Shown here: piece after piece, positions 1 to 9,515 of the stretch | Layout: every line of letters starts with the position of its first letter | How positions within the stretch are numbered: position 1 is the first letter of the stretch | NCBI GenBank assembly: GCA_024694565.1 | Contig: JAILJR010000225.1 | Location: 24,754-88,753 of the forward strand | Origin: Butyrivibrio sp. | Lineage (GTDB): Bacteria; Bacillota; Clostridia; Lachnospirales; Lachnospiraceae | Length of the DNA: 64,000 nt | Reading direction: 5' to 3' | Position numbers and translations under genes: made by a program | The notes under the pieces: model-generated | What the model was told of the DNA's origin: nothing | The model's input: only the letters and a program-made list of their open reading frames with translations | Database searches by the model: none

Positions 1-595
1 GGATTTCCTTTCTCTCAAGCGCCCACTTTGTAAGAACAGCTACCCCCACTACGGGAAGCGTAAGGAGTAGCATCTCAGACCTTAAGAGATAGGCAATTGC
101 GATCAGGACCGCCGAAAGAACAAGGCTCGCATCGCCCTCTTTTTTTGTCATGATCATAACTACACTTGTGGCGGAAAGAAGTCCGCAGGTGAAGGTGTAC
201 TGGACAAATAGAAAATGCGACCCGATAACTCCCAGCATGAAAAACAGAAGCATCCCCGCAAGCGACCACTTCATCAGTCTGTCTTCGATACGTGAAAGGA
301 GCCTGTATGAAACCATAAATACACAGGCAAACTGACACGTACACAAAAAAATGCCATACCAGTCAGGGCCTATATTTATCCTGTATAAAAGAGAAATAAA
401 GGCGCTGATAGGATACAGCATCTGTATGTTATTGCCCTCCGGAACTCCCGTATAGGCGCCGGAGAGAATATCCTTCATAAGAACATCATCATTTAGGTCA
501 AAATAGTAATCCCCCATCAGTGCCATGAATGTCATTACAGACAGCACCAGCAAAGTTGAGATAGCTATATTCCGGACCCTGGACGATTTTGTCAT
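1..595 (-). CDS. Polytopic membrane protein, GT-C-like (5' part; runs off the window edge)
   Basis: Not in the ORF track. Hand translation from ATG at 595 (GGAG RBS upstream) gives MTKSSRVRNIAISTLLVLSVMTFMALMGDYYFDLNDDVLMKDILSG..., open to the window edge. It has multiple hydrophobic segments and an acidic NDD motif after TM1. Confidence 0.75.
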   Translation of the reverse strand, partial: MTKSSRVRNIAISTLLVLSVMTFMALMGDYYFDLNDDVLMKDILSGAYTGVPEGNNIQMLYPISAFISLLYRINIGPDWYGIFLCTCQFACVFMVSYRLLSRIEDRLMKWSLAGMLLFFMLGVIGSHFLFVQYTFTCGLLSATSVVMIMTKKEGDASLVLSAVLIAIAYLLRSEMLLLTLPVVGVAVLTKWALERKEI

Positions 596-610
596 ATTTA
601 TCTCCGTATG

Positions 611-1747
611 TCAGCTAAACTTATAATACTCTTTAACTCTCATCACAACTTCATCGAGATCCTCATCCGTGAGCTTATAATACATGGGAAGCCTCAGGAG
701 CCTTTCGCTCTCTCTGGTTGTGTATCTGTCCTCACCGTTAAACCTGCTGTACTTAACACCTGCCCTTGAAGAATGAAGCGGCACATAATGTGATGCAGGG
801 AGAATGTCATTTGCAAGAAGATACTCTATAAGTCCCTTTCTCTCCTCGAAATCACGGCACTTGATATAGAACATGTGGGCGTTGTGGACGCATTCCTTCG
901 GAACCTTCGGAAGCTCAATTATCCCTGCCTCCTCCATAGGGCGAAGCGCCTCCATGTAACGGTTGTAGTGATCCATCCTTGCAGCATTTATCTCATCCGC
1001 CATCTGAAGCTGCGCATACAGATATGCAGCATTCATATCACTCGGAAGATATGAAGAACCGGGCTGTATCCAGCTGTACTTATCAACCTTGCCAAGCTTA
1101 TAGAGGGTCCTGTTCGTTCCCTTTTCCCTTATTATGATGGCATCATCCACATAGGTCTCATCCCGAAGAAGCAGCGCTCCCCCCTCGCCCATGCTGTAGT
1201 TCTTGGTCTCGTGGAAGCTGTAGTTTCCAAAGTCGCCGATTGCTCCTAGTGCCTTCCCCTTATAGGTCGACATCACACCCTGGGCAGCATCCTCAATGAC
1301 AAAGAGGTTATGGCGTTTTGCAATATCCATTATGGTATCCATCTCACAGCCGATACCTGCATAATGTACAGGTACGACAGCCCTTGTCTTTTCAGTGATG
1401 GCAGCCTCAATCAGGTTCTCATCGATATTCATGGTGTCAGGTCTTATGTCCACGAATACCACTTTGGCGCCGCGAAGCACAAAGGCATTGGCAGTGGAAA
1501 CAAAGGTATAAGAGGGCATTATGACCTCGTCCCCCTCCTTTATCCCACAGAGTATGGCCGCCATCTCAGTGGCATGGGTACAGGAAGTTGTAAGAAGGGC
1601 CTTTTTTACCCCTGTCTTTTTCTCAATCCACTCATTGTCCAGTGCCGTGTACGGACCATCGCCGCATATTTTCTGATTTTCGACACACTCTCTTATGTAG
1701 TCGAACTCTTTTCCCGTATAAGGCGGTACGTTAAAATTTATACGCAT
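611..1747 (-). CDS. rffA: dTDP-4-amino-4,6-dideoxygalactose transaminase (DegT/DnrJ/EryC1/StrS family)
   Basis: Motifs LLTTSCTHATEM, PSYTFVSTANAF, EDAAQG, SFHETKN (PLP lysine), GEGGAL and EKGTNR are typical of WecE/RffA. Confidence 0.9.
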   Translation of the reverse strand: MRINFNVPPYTGKEFDYIRECVENQKICGDGPYTALDNEWIEKKTGVKKALLTTSCTHATEMAAILCGIKEGDEVIMPSYTFVSTANAFVLRGAKVVFVDIRPDTMNIDENLIEAAITEKTRAVVPVHYAGIGCEMDTIMDIAKRHNLFVIEDAAQGVMSTYKGKALGAIGDFGNYSFHETKNYSMGEGGALLLRDETYVDDAIIIREKGTNRTLYKLGKVDKYSWIQPGSSYLPSDMNAAYLYAQLQMADEINAARMDHYNRYMEALRPMEEAGIIELPKVPKECVHNAHMFYIKCRDFEERKGLIEYLLANDILPASHYVPLHSSRAGVKYSRFNGEDRYTTRESERLLRLPMYYKLTDEDLDEVVMRVKEYYKFS

Positions 1748-1797
1748 TGTCTAATCCTCTGCTTAATGCAGGTTCCCGAAACAGGAGCCCGTAACTC

Positions 1798-2265
1798 TCA
1801 ATCCTTCTTTTCAAGAAAGATCTTTCTGGTAATGAAATTGTATACCATCACAACGCCTGTTGCTGCAAATTTAAAGAAATAATCCTTTGCTATATGATCG
1901 TTCATAATGGACTGAAGCCAGGGCCAGTTCCTGTAAATGAGATCATATCCCACATACAGGCAGAGCTCGTTGATGCCCATTCCAATGATACTAAGTACCA
2001 GGAAGATAACAAATTCCTTTTTGCGGCTGAGGTCCTCTTTTCTCTCAAATACGAACTTGAAGCTCAGGATATAGTTCGCTACTACCGATATGGAAAAGCC
2101 CAAAAGTCCCGAGATCAGATAGTACTGTGGAAATGCCGCCGCAATCCCGGTAGCCTCAAATATCAGGTTAGCCCCTCTGTAGATAACATAGTCGATGATG
2201 AAGCATATTACTCCAACCAGACCAAACTTTGCAATCTGTGCCATTAGCTTATTCATTGTGATCAT
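1798..2265 (-). CDS. GtrA-family small flippase
   Basis: 155 aa with 4 hydrophobic segments. Motifs KFGLVG, NYILSFKFVF and YNFITRKIF. Confidence 0.85.
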   Translation of the reverse strand: MITMNKLMAQIAKFGLVGVICFIIDYVIYRGANLIFEATGIAAAFPQYYLISGLLGFSISVVANYILSFKFVFERKEDLSRKKEFVIFLVLSIIGMGINELCLYVGYDLIYRNWPWLQSIMNDHIAKDYFFKFAATGVVMVYNFITRKIFLEKKD

Positions 2266-4010
2266 TCCTCTCTTATAAGTGAATAAACAGTATATCTCTC
2301 GCTCTCAAAGACCTTATTATAATCATGATATGCAATATAGTCCATCAAAATATCATATTTGGCTGCCACATTCGCATATTCAGCCATATTTCTTCCGATT
2401 ATCACGACCGGAAGATCTTTATTGGCGGAAATATCCATAAGCTGCTGATCAAATTTGGATACTGCGTAGCTGTCAAGGTCAGGCCAGACCGTGTCAATCC
2501 CGGGCTCCATATCAAATATGTAAGAAAGCCCCGGAACGCCCCCAAAAAGTAAGACCTTTTCGTCAAGAAGCTCCTCTTTCTTAAGCGCGCTGTAAAGCTC
2601 ATCCAAAGTTCCCGCATTCTGTCCGTTTGTCACCATCTGTGACACCTTTGGTATCACGGAGCACTCGTCACGCAGCTGCCCCTCAGTTCCATCAGCAAAT
2701 GCAAATCTGAAGTGGAAGATCGTCCCCTGGATCAGCAAAACGGCTATGACCATCGTTATCATCGCCTGCCATGGGAAATTCACATGTGAATCACCCAGCC
2801 TTTGCATAAGTCTTCTCATGAGCCATAAGCTCACAGGAGCAACGATAAAAAGGTTATTAAGCACCGGAAACGTATAATTGTTGCTTCCAACAGGTGTGAT
2901 GAGTATGATCATGAGTGCCGCAAAGGCAAGAGTCTGCTCCTGCCTGCTGCCGTTCAGAATCCCGGCACTTCCTATCGCCGTCAGGATTATTGCAATGACA
3001 ACGAACATCATGGCTGCCTGAAACATCGAATCGTAATACTGGTAATTCCTCGTAAATATTCCTCTTGCGAAGTAGAACCGGACAAGCACAATAAGCCCAA
3101 TTATGTACAAAAGCTTTTTGGCCCAGATATACCTGTCCTTCTCTATAGAGAACATTGCCATCCCCGCTCCTACACAGGGTAGCATGATCAGCATGGAGGA
3201 AAGCGTCGTCCAGTAGGCATTCAATATTGAGGCAAGCATTCCACCCGCCCGGTAATCCGAAGCGCCCTCTGTCATTCCAAACAGGGACGATATCATATCA
3301 AAATATGCCCCCGCGCCATACATGACACTTATCAGAGTAAAAGGAATGAGCAGGCCAATAATATAGCCCAGCACACAGAGCCCCGTCTCCTTTAAGGTCT
3401 CAGAAAGAGTCTCCTTTGTGATAAAGCAGTAGAACCACAAAACGACTATAAATGCCGCCTCCACAATATTTGGAAAACGGACCATCACATTCAGCCCAAA
3501 ACATATACCTGCAAGACACAGATACATCCCCTGCCTCTTCATGCCAAACATCCCAGCAAAAAGAAGAACTGCACCAAGGGTAAAGAAAAGGTATGTCAGG
3601 TAGTTATACAAGATAACTCTCGGACACCAGCACAGGCTCTCGGCAATAAATTCCCCGATAAAGATCATCCACCCCGGCATCCATCTCTGAAGCACATAGT
3701 AGGGAACGAGGGCAATGATGCTGATGATAAGGCTGCAGTAGATGTTCATGCCCAGCATACTCCCGGCGCCGGGAAGCTTCATGATAAGCGCTCCTGTAAT
3801 GTTCCCTCCAAAGGTTGATATCGCCCACATGGGGTCTATCACGGACAGAAACTCATAGTTGGCAAGCGCATAGGTGGTATCAGATATATCAAGACCCTGA
3901 TTTGCACCGATGAGCGGGTACAATAGAAGGATCACCGGAAAGATAAATCTCTCCAGAGGAGACTGAAATTTCTTTGTATTGTAGAAATAACTCCTGATAC
4001 TTTTTAGCAT
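2262..4010 (-). CDS. Polytopic membrane protein, probable GT-C-fold glycosyltransferase
   Basis: 582 aa, >10 TM segments. Acidic GLDISDT motif after TM1, RFPN motif and a soluble C-terminal domain. Adjacent to GtrA. Confidence 0.6.
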   Translation of the reverse strand: MLKSIRSYFYNTKKFQSPLERFIFPVILLLYPLIGANQGLDISDTTYALANYEFLSVIDPMWAISTFGGNITGALIMKLPGAGSMLGMNIYCSLIISIIALVPYYVLQRWMPGWMIFIGEFIAESLCWCPRVILYNYLTYLFFTLGAVLLFAGMFGMKRQGMYLCLAGICFGLNVMVRFPNIVEAAFIVVLWFYCFITKETLSETLKETGLCVLGYIIGLLIPFTLISVMYGAGAYFDMISSLFGMTEGASDYRAGGMLASILNAYWTTLSSMLIMLPCVGAGMAMFSIEKDRYIWAKKLLYIIGLIVLVRFYFARGIFTRNYQYYDSMFQAAMMFVVIAIILTAIGSAGILNGSRQEQTLAFAALMIILITPVGSNNYTFPVLNNLFIVAPVSLWLMRRLMQRLGDSHVNFPWQAMITMVIAVLLIQGTIFHFRFAFADGTEGQLRDECSVIPKVSQMVTNGQNAGTLDELYSALKKEELLDEKVLLFGGVPGLSYIFDMEPGIDTVWPDLDSYAVSKFDQQLMDISANKDLPVVIIGRNMAEYANVAAKYDILMDYIAYHDYNKVFESERYTVYSLIREE

Positions 4011-5128
4011 AATTCCTCATCCAACTGCCTTATCTTTTTAAAGAGGGCGGTGTCATGAAGAGCCCTGCCCACATTGTCAAATATACATTTTCTGATCCAG
4101 TCCACAAATATTCCGGCTGCAAAAACTATCAGCACACTCCTTACTGCATGCCATAGGAAAAGCGGAACACTATCAAGCGGCACCTCTCCCAGGAAGCTCT
4201 CAAGCCAGCCTATCCATCTGTCCTTTATCTCGAGGTGCATATGCAGAAGATAGACGCCAAAGGTGAGGGGGCCCATAAATCTCACCATATCTGCGACCTT
4301 TCCCTCCCTCATCCTGTAAAACCTGAAGAAGGAAAAGAGCCCCAGCGAACCGGTCAGTGTAAAGATAAAATTAAAGTGCATCGGGACCTGTGAGTAATGA
4401 ACCAGACCACCGGTCCTGTAATTAACGTAGTAAAGCACGAAGCTCATTAAAGCGATAGTAAGCGACGATAAAACAAAAACGAGAGCGCTCCTCTTTGCTG
4501 AACAAAACAGCACCACCTGATACCTTCGTATGTATGCAGCTATCAGGTAAAGACAGATAAACCATCCAAAGTCATACCCGTATCTGTCCGTCGACAGCAC
4601 AACAGGCACCACGCTCTTTACCAGGCAAAACCATATTAAAAGCCCCGTTATCACAAATGAAAGCTGCTTTCTTGTCAGGTTATTTGCGGCAGCATTAAGA
4701 ACCGGAGAAAGCACATACATTATGACGTAGGCAGTGACGAACCAGTAGTGCTCATCCGAAATCGGAAAAAGATACTGTACCATTTTGTACACTGAGTTTT
4801 CGCTGTGGAGCACATACGTCCCGACGATCATCATCATGATAGATATGAGAACGGTATAAAAGTAAACCGTGCATATCAGGTAAAGGAGCTTGCTTACCTT
4901 AGGGCTTTGCTTCGACATAAAAAATCCCGACAAAAGCACATAGGTATTGACTCCGGTGATTGCAAAGGACTGCGCTATGGTGGCAACTATATTCACCCCG
5001 CTCGCAGGTACGCCGTGCTGCATCAATGCTCCCGTAAAGGCATTGTAGTGCAGTGTCACGATCATAAGCATCGACACCACTCTGAGAAGCTCAAAGCCGG
5101 GATTTCTTTTTTCCTTAATCTCACCCAT
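4004..5128 (-). CDS. Acyltransferase family 3 (polysaccharide O-acyltransferase)
   Basis: Motifs RNPGFELLRVVSMLMIVTLH, YVLLSGFF, YWFV and TFGVYLLH. Start placed at the ATG (5128) overlapping the upstream stop. Confidence 0.85.
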   Translation of the reverse strand: MGEIKEKRNPGFELLRVVSMLMIVTLHYNAFTGALMQHGVPASGVNIVATIAQSFAITGVNTYVLLSGFFMSKQSPKVSKLLYLICTVYFYTVLISIMMMIVGTYVLHSENSVYKMVQYLFPISDEHYWFVTAYVIMYVLSPVLNAAANNLTRKQLSFVITGLLIWFCLVKSVVPVVLSTDRYGYDFGWFICLYLIAAYIRRYQVVLFCSAKRSALVFVLSSLTIALMSFVLYYVNYRTGGLVHYSQVPMHFNFIFTLTGSLGLFSFFRFYRMREGKVADMVRFMGPLTFGVYLLHMHLEIKDRWIGWLESFLGEVPLDSVPLFLWHAVRSVLIVFAAGIFVDWIRKCIFDNVGRALHDTALFKKIRQLDEELC

Positions 5129-6875
5129 TCCTGATCGTTGCCTTTCCGTCCCCAATGCTGTAGATCATATCGCACTTCTCAATGGTCTGCAGCCTGTGGG
5201 CAATGATAACAAGGGTTTTTCTGCCGTGAAGACGGTTGATGGAATCCATGATGGCAGCCTCTGTGTCGTTGTCGAGAGCGGAGGTAGCCTCATCGAGGAC
5301 CAGAACCTCCGGGTCCTCAAAAAGTGCCCTGGCAATACCAATCCTCTGTCTCTGTCCGCCCGAGAGACGTATGCCCCTCTCTCCTATCCTGGTGTCCAGT
5401 CCCTCAGGGAGCTCTCTTACAAAATCATCGAGTGCAGCCTCCTTCAGAGCCTGCCATACTTTATTCTCGTCGATCTCATCATCCGGAACACCGAAGGCCA
5501 CATTTTTTCTTATTGTTGAGTCAGTCATAAATATGGTCTGGGGTATGTATCCGATATTCTTAAGCCACCCCTTATAATTGGTGTTTACATCCACTCCGTC
5601 AGCAAGGATCCTGCCCTTTTCCGGCTTTAGAAGTCCCAGGAGGACATCCACAATTGTTGTCTTTCCTGCGCCGCTGCTTCCCACAATGCCGACACTCTTG
5701 CCCACCGGTATCTCCATATATGCATCATCCAGGATAAGCTTTTCGGTATTGGGGTACTTGTATGTAATACCCTCCATCTTTATGGTATTCTTTACCGGCA
5801 GCTTTTCCACACTCTCCTTCCTGCGATAGCTCTCGCTGTCATAGGAGATGGAGCTGTCGTGAATCTCCGACTGAAGATTCTCGCTGACATTGTCCAAAAA
5901 GGGTTCAAAATAGGCAATCGACGTAAGATAATTGTTGATCCTGTTTGCGCTGGGAAGAAGTCTGGCTGCTGCTGCTGCCAGGACTGTAAGCTGCGGAAGG
6001 AGCGAGGTAAGGCTCGTTCCCGTTGCCATTACCGCCAGCATATATCCGACCATTCCTGCAATTGCTATAGTCTCTATAAGAAGTCTTGGAGTGGAGTTGT
6101 AAAGATTGTACTTCTGAACAGCATTCACATATCCTGCTCCGCAGTCCGCATAACCATTTATAAAGTAGTTTTCCTTGTTGGCGACCTTGATCTCTTTTAT
6201 CCCTATGACTGATTCATATATCCACTTGTAGAGTCCGCTGTAATAGTCCTGGTTCTCCTGTCCCGCCTTTACCATAACAGGCTTTATGAAATACTTTATA
6301 ACAAGAAGGACAATCACGAGAAGGAAAGCTATGGTGAGGGTCATCCTGGCATCCTGGCTAAGCAGAATTGCAACCAGGCACAGAAATACGATCGTTTCAC
6401 TGATGAGCTGAAGGCAGCTCAGTATCAGCGCATATATATTGTTGACATCAGAGGTAATATTTCTCTGGATGACGGTCGTATCCGCATTCAGGTAATACTC
6501 ATAGGGCCTTTGCATGAAATTGATCATCATGCGCCTTGAGGTGGCAAACTGATTTGTGTACACAAACCGAAGCTGCACAACATTCATAAAGTACAGAAAC
6601 ACATTCTTTATCACAAAGACAAGTATCAGGGAAACCATGATAAGTGCCGCCAGCTGCGTTGTGCTGCTCATATTAAAAAAGTTGTAGATTCCGGAAAGTA
6701 CTGCACTGTCCTTAACCTGCTCCGGATCGATCACCACCTGCATGACAGGCGCTATCATCGCAATTCCCAGGGACTCAAGGACACCCCCTATAAGCATCAG
6801 TATGACAATGCCGACCATTTGCCCCTTCTGCTTCTTGTCGAGAAGCACATTCAGTTTGCTGTAAATCTTGCGCAT
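5121..6875 (-). CDS. ABC transporter permease/ATP-binding fusion (PglK/MsbA-like lipid-linked glycan flippase)
   Basis: N-terminal TM domain, Walker A GSSGAGKT, signature LSGGQRQR, Walker B VLVLDEATSALD and H-loop IAHRL. Confidence 0.88.
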   Translation of the reverse strand: MRKIYSKLNVLLDKKQKGQMVGIVILMLIGGVLESLGIAMIAPVMQVVIDPEQVKDSAVLSGIYNFFNMSSTTQLAALIMVSLILVFVIKNVFLYFMNVVQLRFVYTNQFATSRRMMINFMQRPYEYYLNADTTVIQRNITSDVNNIYALILSCLQLISETIVFLCLVAILLSQDARMTLTIAFLLVIVLLVIKYFIKPVMVKAGQENQDYYSGLYKWIYESVIGIKEIKVANKENYFINGYADCGAGYVNAVQKYNLYNSTPRLLIETIAIAGMVGYMLAVMATGTSLTSLLPQLTVLAAAAARLLPSANRINNYLTSIAYFEPFLDNVSENLQSEIHDSSISYDSESYRRKESVEKLPVKNTIKMEGITYKYPNTEKLILDDAYMEIPVGKSVGIVGSSGAGKTTIVDVLLGLLKPEKGRILADGVDVNTNYKGWLKNIGYIPQTIFMTDSTIRKNVAFGVPDDEIDENKVWQALKEAALDDFVRELPEGLDTRIGERGIRLSGGQRQRIGIARALFEDPEVLVLDEATSALDNDTEAAIMDSINRLHGRKTLVIIAHRLQTIEKCDMIYSIGDGKATIRNG

Positions 6876-6891
6876 CTTTAAGACCTCTTTG

Positions 6892-7971
6892 TTACCCTTT
6901 TGCCCGCCTCTTCATACCGCTCCGCAGATCCCTGTACAGCCAGAGCAGTCTGTAATATAAATAGAAAAAAAGCTGCGATCTCATCTGCATCCGGATGAGT
7001 TTTTTCTCCTCCGGATGAATCTTCTGAAGGTAATAGGGGTTTTCCTGAAAATCCGGAAAAGTATCCTTCATCTCTCTCCCCAGCTTTTTTGTGAAGCTGT
7101 AGCACCCCTTAAATCTATACTTTTTTGGCATGGCGGAGAAAAGAGTATTTACATAGAACAGAACTGTAAACTGAAACTCGATCTCCTGCCTGTAATCATC
7201 AAAATATCCGTTGTCCCTGGCCTCACTGACTATCATCCTTCCGGCTGTCATTCTGTCCTCAAGGTTCTTCCTGGATATACTGTGAACAGTTGAGGTGTCA
7301 TGCTGGTAGTAGTAGTAAAGAGGCTCCGGAATGTATTCAAAGTGCTTAGAACGTATCATCCAGGTATTGCTGACCGCGTTGTCCTCATAAAAGATATGCT
7401 CAGGAAACACATCAACCCTGTTGCTGCTGCCCGGCTTATAATCTCCAAGGATCAGCTCCCTTCTGTATACCTTTACCACAAGACTCCCGGTTTCTATAAG
7501 AAGCTTTTTGTACCGCTCCCTGTCCATGACACCGGTCTGCTCCTTGTTGTTGTTGTGAACTATCTCCCCCACCTTCATGCTGTGCTCAAAGGTCAGATTG
7601 TAGTCACATCCCACCATATCAGCGCCGGTCTCTTCTGCCTTTCCAAGAAGCCTTTCATAGTAGTCTGGTGCCACCCAGTCATCAGAATCTATAAATCCAA
7701 TCCACTCGCCCTCTGCTATGGCAAGTCCAAGGTTCTTGGCTCCGCCCTGATGCCTGTTGATATCCGAGTATATGGGAATTAGCCTTCCGGGATATTCTTC
7801 ACCGTAGCGCTTAAGTATTTGAGCAGAATCGTCTGTCGATGCATCATCAACTGCTATTATCTCATAGTCTCCGGGGTCAATCGTCTGATTTAACAGACTA
7901 TCCAGGCAGTATTTTAGTTTTCCGTCCCGGGCCATATTGTATACCGGCACTATGACGCTAAGCTTCTTCAT
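6892..7971 (-). CDS. Glycosyltransferase family 2
   Basis: Motifs KKLSVIVPVYN, VDDASTD, FIDSDD and YED. True start is probably MKKLS at 7971, not the extended ORF start at 8103. Confidence 0.88.
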   Translation of the reverse strand: MKKLSVIVPVYNMARDGKLKYCLDSLLNQTIDPGDYEIIAVDDASTDDSAQILKRYGEEYPGRLIPIYSDINRHQGGAKNLGLAIAEGEWIGFIDSDDWVAPDYYERLLGKAEETGADMVGCDYNLTFEHSMKVGEIVHNNNKEQTGVMDRERYKKLLIETGSLVVKVYRRELILGDYKPGSSNRVDVFPEHIFYEDNAVSNTWMIRSKHFEYIPEPLYYYYQHDTSTVHSISRKNLEDRMTAGRMIVSEARDNGYFDDYRQEIEFQFTVLFYVNTLFSAMPKKYRFKGCYSFTKKLGREMKDTFPDFQENPYYLQKIHPEEKKLIRMQMRSQLFFYLYYRLLWLYRDLRSGMKRRAKG

Positions 7972-7990
7972 TCTTCCGCTCCATGTCACT

Positions 7991-8032
7991 ACAACAAAGG
8001 AAGCATCTGCTCCCAAAAGACCAGGTGCTTCC
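7991..8032 (-). terminator. Intrinsic terminator-like hairpin downstream of pseB
   Basis: Minus strand reads GGAAGCACCTG-N12-CAGATGCTTCC followed by TTTGTTGT. Confidence 0.45.
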
Positions 8033-8087
8033 AAAATGTCTTTCTCCTCTATAAACACCGTTTTATCTGACTCAGTCTGATCGGAAT

Positions 8088-8129
8088 GGATACTTGTAAG
8101 CACCCAAAGTACGTACGCTAACGGTATCC
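8088..8129 (+). repeat. Degenerate core-only copy of the palindromic repeat family
   Basis: TAAGCACCCAAAGTACGTACGCTAA (8097-8121) matches the core of the 9250 copy at 21/25 nt, including the AAAGTAC loop. It is enclosed by GGATAC/GTATCC. Confidence 0.55.
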
Positions 8130-8139
8130 TGCTCTCTTG

Positions 8140-9150
8140 TCAGTGGATCTCTGCCTCATGAAGTCTGTTTCTTATCTCCTCAACGCTCATCCACTGTGAA
8201 TTGTTGCCGGAGCTGTAGTAGAATCCATCCGGGACTCTCTTTGCAGAAGGATCCGGAGCCTGTCTCTCGTTGAATATCACCTGCGGATATACTATGAAAT
8301 GCTTGTCAAACTCATAGGTAAAAGGTGCATCCTCTGTGGTCACCATTATCTCGTCAAGCTTCTCACCGGGGCGGATACCTACCTCGACAGTCTTAATTCC
8401 CGGGCACATGGCCTCAGCCAGATCCTTTACATGGAAGGACGGGATCTTGCTGATGAAGGTCTCTCCTCCGTTTGACTCAGCAAGTGCCTTGAGTACCAGT
8501 TCAACACCTTCCGGAAGGCTGATCCAGAACCTTGTCATGCGGTAATCTGTGATAGGCAGCTCCTTCTCTCCCTTTTCAATAAGGCTCCGGAAGAATGGAA
8601 TGATGGAGCCGCGGCTTCCTGCCACATTGCCGTAGCGGACAATTGAGAAATTTATGTCCTTGGCTCCCGCATAGGCATTGGCTGCGATGAAGAGCTTGTC
8701 GGAAACCATCTTGGTTGCGCCGTAGAGGTTGACGGGGTTAACCGCCTTGTCTGTAGAGAGTGCAACTATCCTCTTTACTCCTGTATTAAGAGCAGCATTT
8801 ATTACGTTCTGTGCTCCTGTTATATTAGTCTTGATAGCCTCATCGGGGTTGTACTCACAGGCCGGAACCTGCTTAAGGGCTGCAGCGTGAACAATATAAT
8901 CCACATTTTCGCAGGCTCTCTCAAGTCTGGCTCCATCCCTCACATCGCCGATAAAGAATCTCATCTTGTCAGCGTTATCTCTGTATATCTGCTCATTGGA
9001 CATGGTGAACTGCTTGTACTCATCTCTGGAGTAAACTATGAGCTTTTTGGGTTTATAATTGTCAAGCACATACTTGGTGAAGCTATGGCCAAAAGAGCCT
9101 GTACCTCCTGTCACAAGTATCGTCTTGCCATCAATCATTGATCTTTCCAT
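8140..9150 (-). CDS. pseB: UDP-N-acetylglucosamine 4,6-dehydratase (inverting)
   Basis: Motifs ILVTGGTGSFG, SRDEYKQ, HAAALKQVPACEYNP, LSTDKA, YGATK, RYGNVAGSRGS and GIRPGEKL. Start at ATG 9150 after GGAG. Confidence 0.92.
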   Translation of the reverse strand: MERSMIDGKTILVTGGTGSFGHSFTKYVLDNYKPKKLIVYSRDEYKQFTMSNEQIYRDNADKMRFFIGDVRDGARLERACENVDYIVHAAALKQVPACEYNPDEAIKTNITGAQNVINAALNTGVKRIVALSTDKAVNPVNLYGATKMVSDKLFIAANAYAGAKDINFSIVRYGNVAGSRGSIIPFFRSLIEKGEKELPITDYRMTRFWISLPEGVELVLKALAESNGGETFISKIPSFHVKDLAEAMCPGIKTVEVGIRPGEKLDEIMVTTEDAPFTYEFDKHFIVYPQVIFNERQAPDPSAKRVPDGFYYSSGNNSQWMSVEEIRNRLHEAEIH

Positions 9151-9198
9151 TATTCCGTCTCCATGTATTGCGTTATTAGAATTTTGCACTTTTCATTC

Positions 9199-9227
9199 AT
9201 TATGCCCCAAAGGGGGGAATTTCGCAA
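9199..9227 (-). promoter_or_regulatory. SigA-type promoter of pseB
   Basis: Minus strand TTGCGA-17 nt-CATAAT. Confidence 0.55.
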
Positions 9228-9249
9228 GTAAGATTGTTGCGAGCCTGAC

Positions 9250-9441
9250 GTTACAGTTCAGTTGTCAGCCGTGGCAGGCCGCCGCAAGCAAAAGTCTGCC
9301 CGGGGGACGCTCTCGCTCTGTGAAAAACGTAACGGTACTAAGCGACCAAAGTACGGTCGCTAAGTACCGACGTTTTTCAAAGCTCCCCGGCTCAGCCTTT
9401 CACTTGCTTTGGCCTGCCACGGCTGACAACTGAATTGTAAC
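9250..9441 (+). repeat. Nested palindromic repeat element (copy A), MITE/REP-like
   Basis: 31-bp terminal inverted repeat with 1 mismatch (9250-9280 / 9411-9441). Inner stem TGAAAAACGT..CGGTACTAAGCGACC-AAAGTAC-GGTCGCTAAGTACCG-ACGTTTTTCA. Confidence 0.85.
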
Positions 9442-9515
9442 TGTGTATCGAAACAGTATGCATTGTGTCATCCCGGTTTTATCAATAGACCAGATAAACA
9501 ATACAATTTCTTAAT

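Noticed and set aside
7972-8103. N-terminal extensions in the ORF track (also at 17923, 19286, 20130, 27048, 45703, 47034, 56304, 60451 and 61166)
   Set aside because: The extensions overlap upstream genes, terminators or repeats. Family homology and RBS or promoter position point to the downstream starts used in the feature list.
9059-9433. ORFs running through repeat copies (9059-9433 + and 23220-23537 -)
   Set aside because: They are translations of GC-rich palindromic DNA overlapping real genes, with no transposase motifs.
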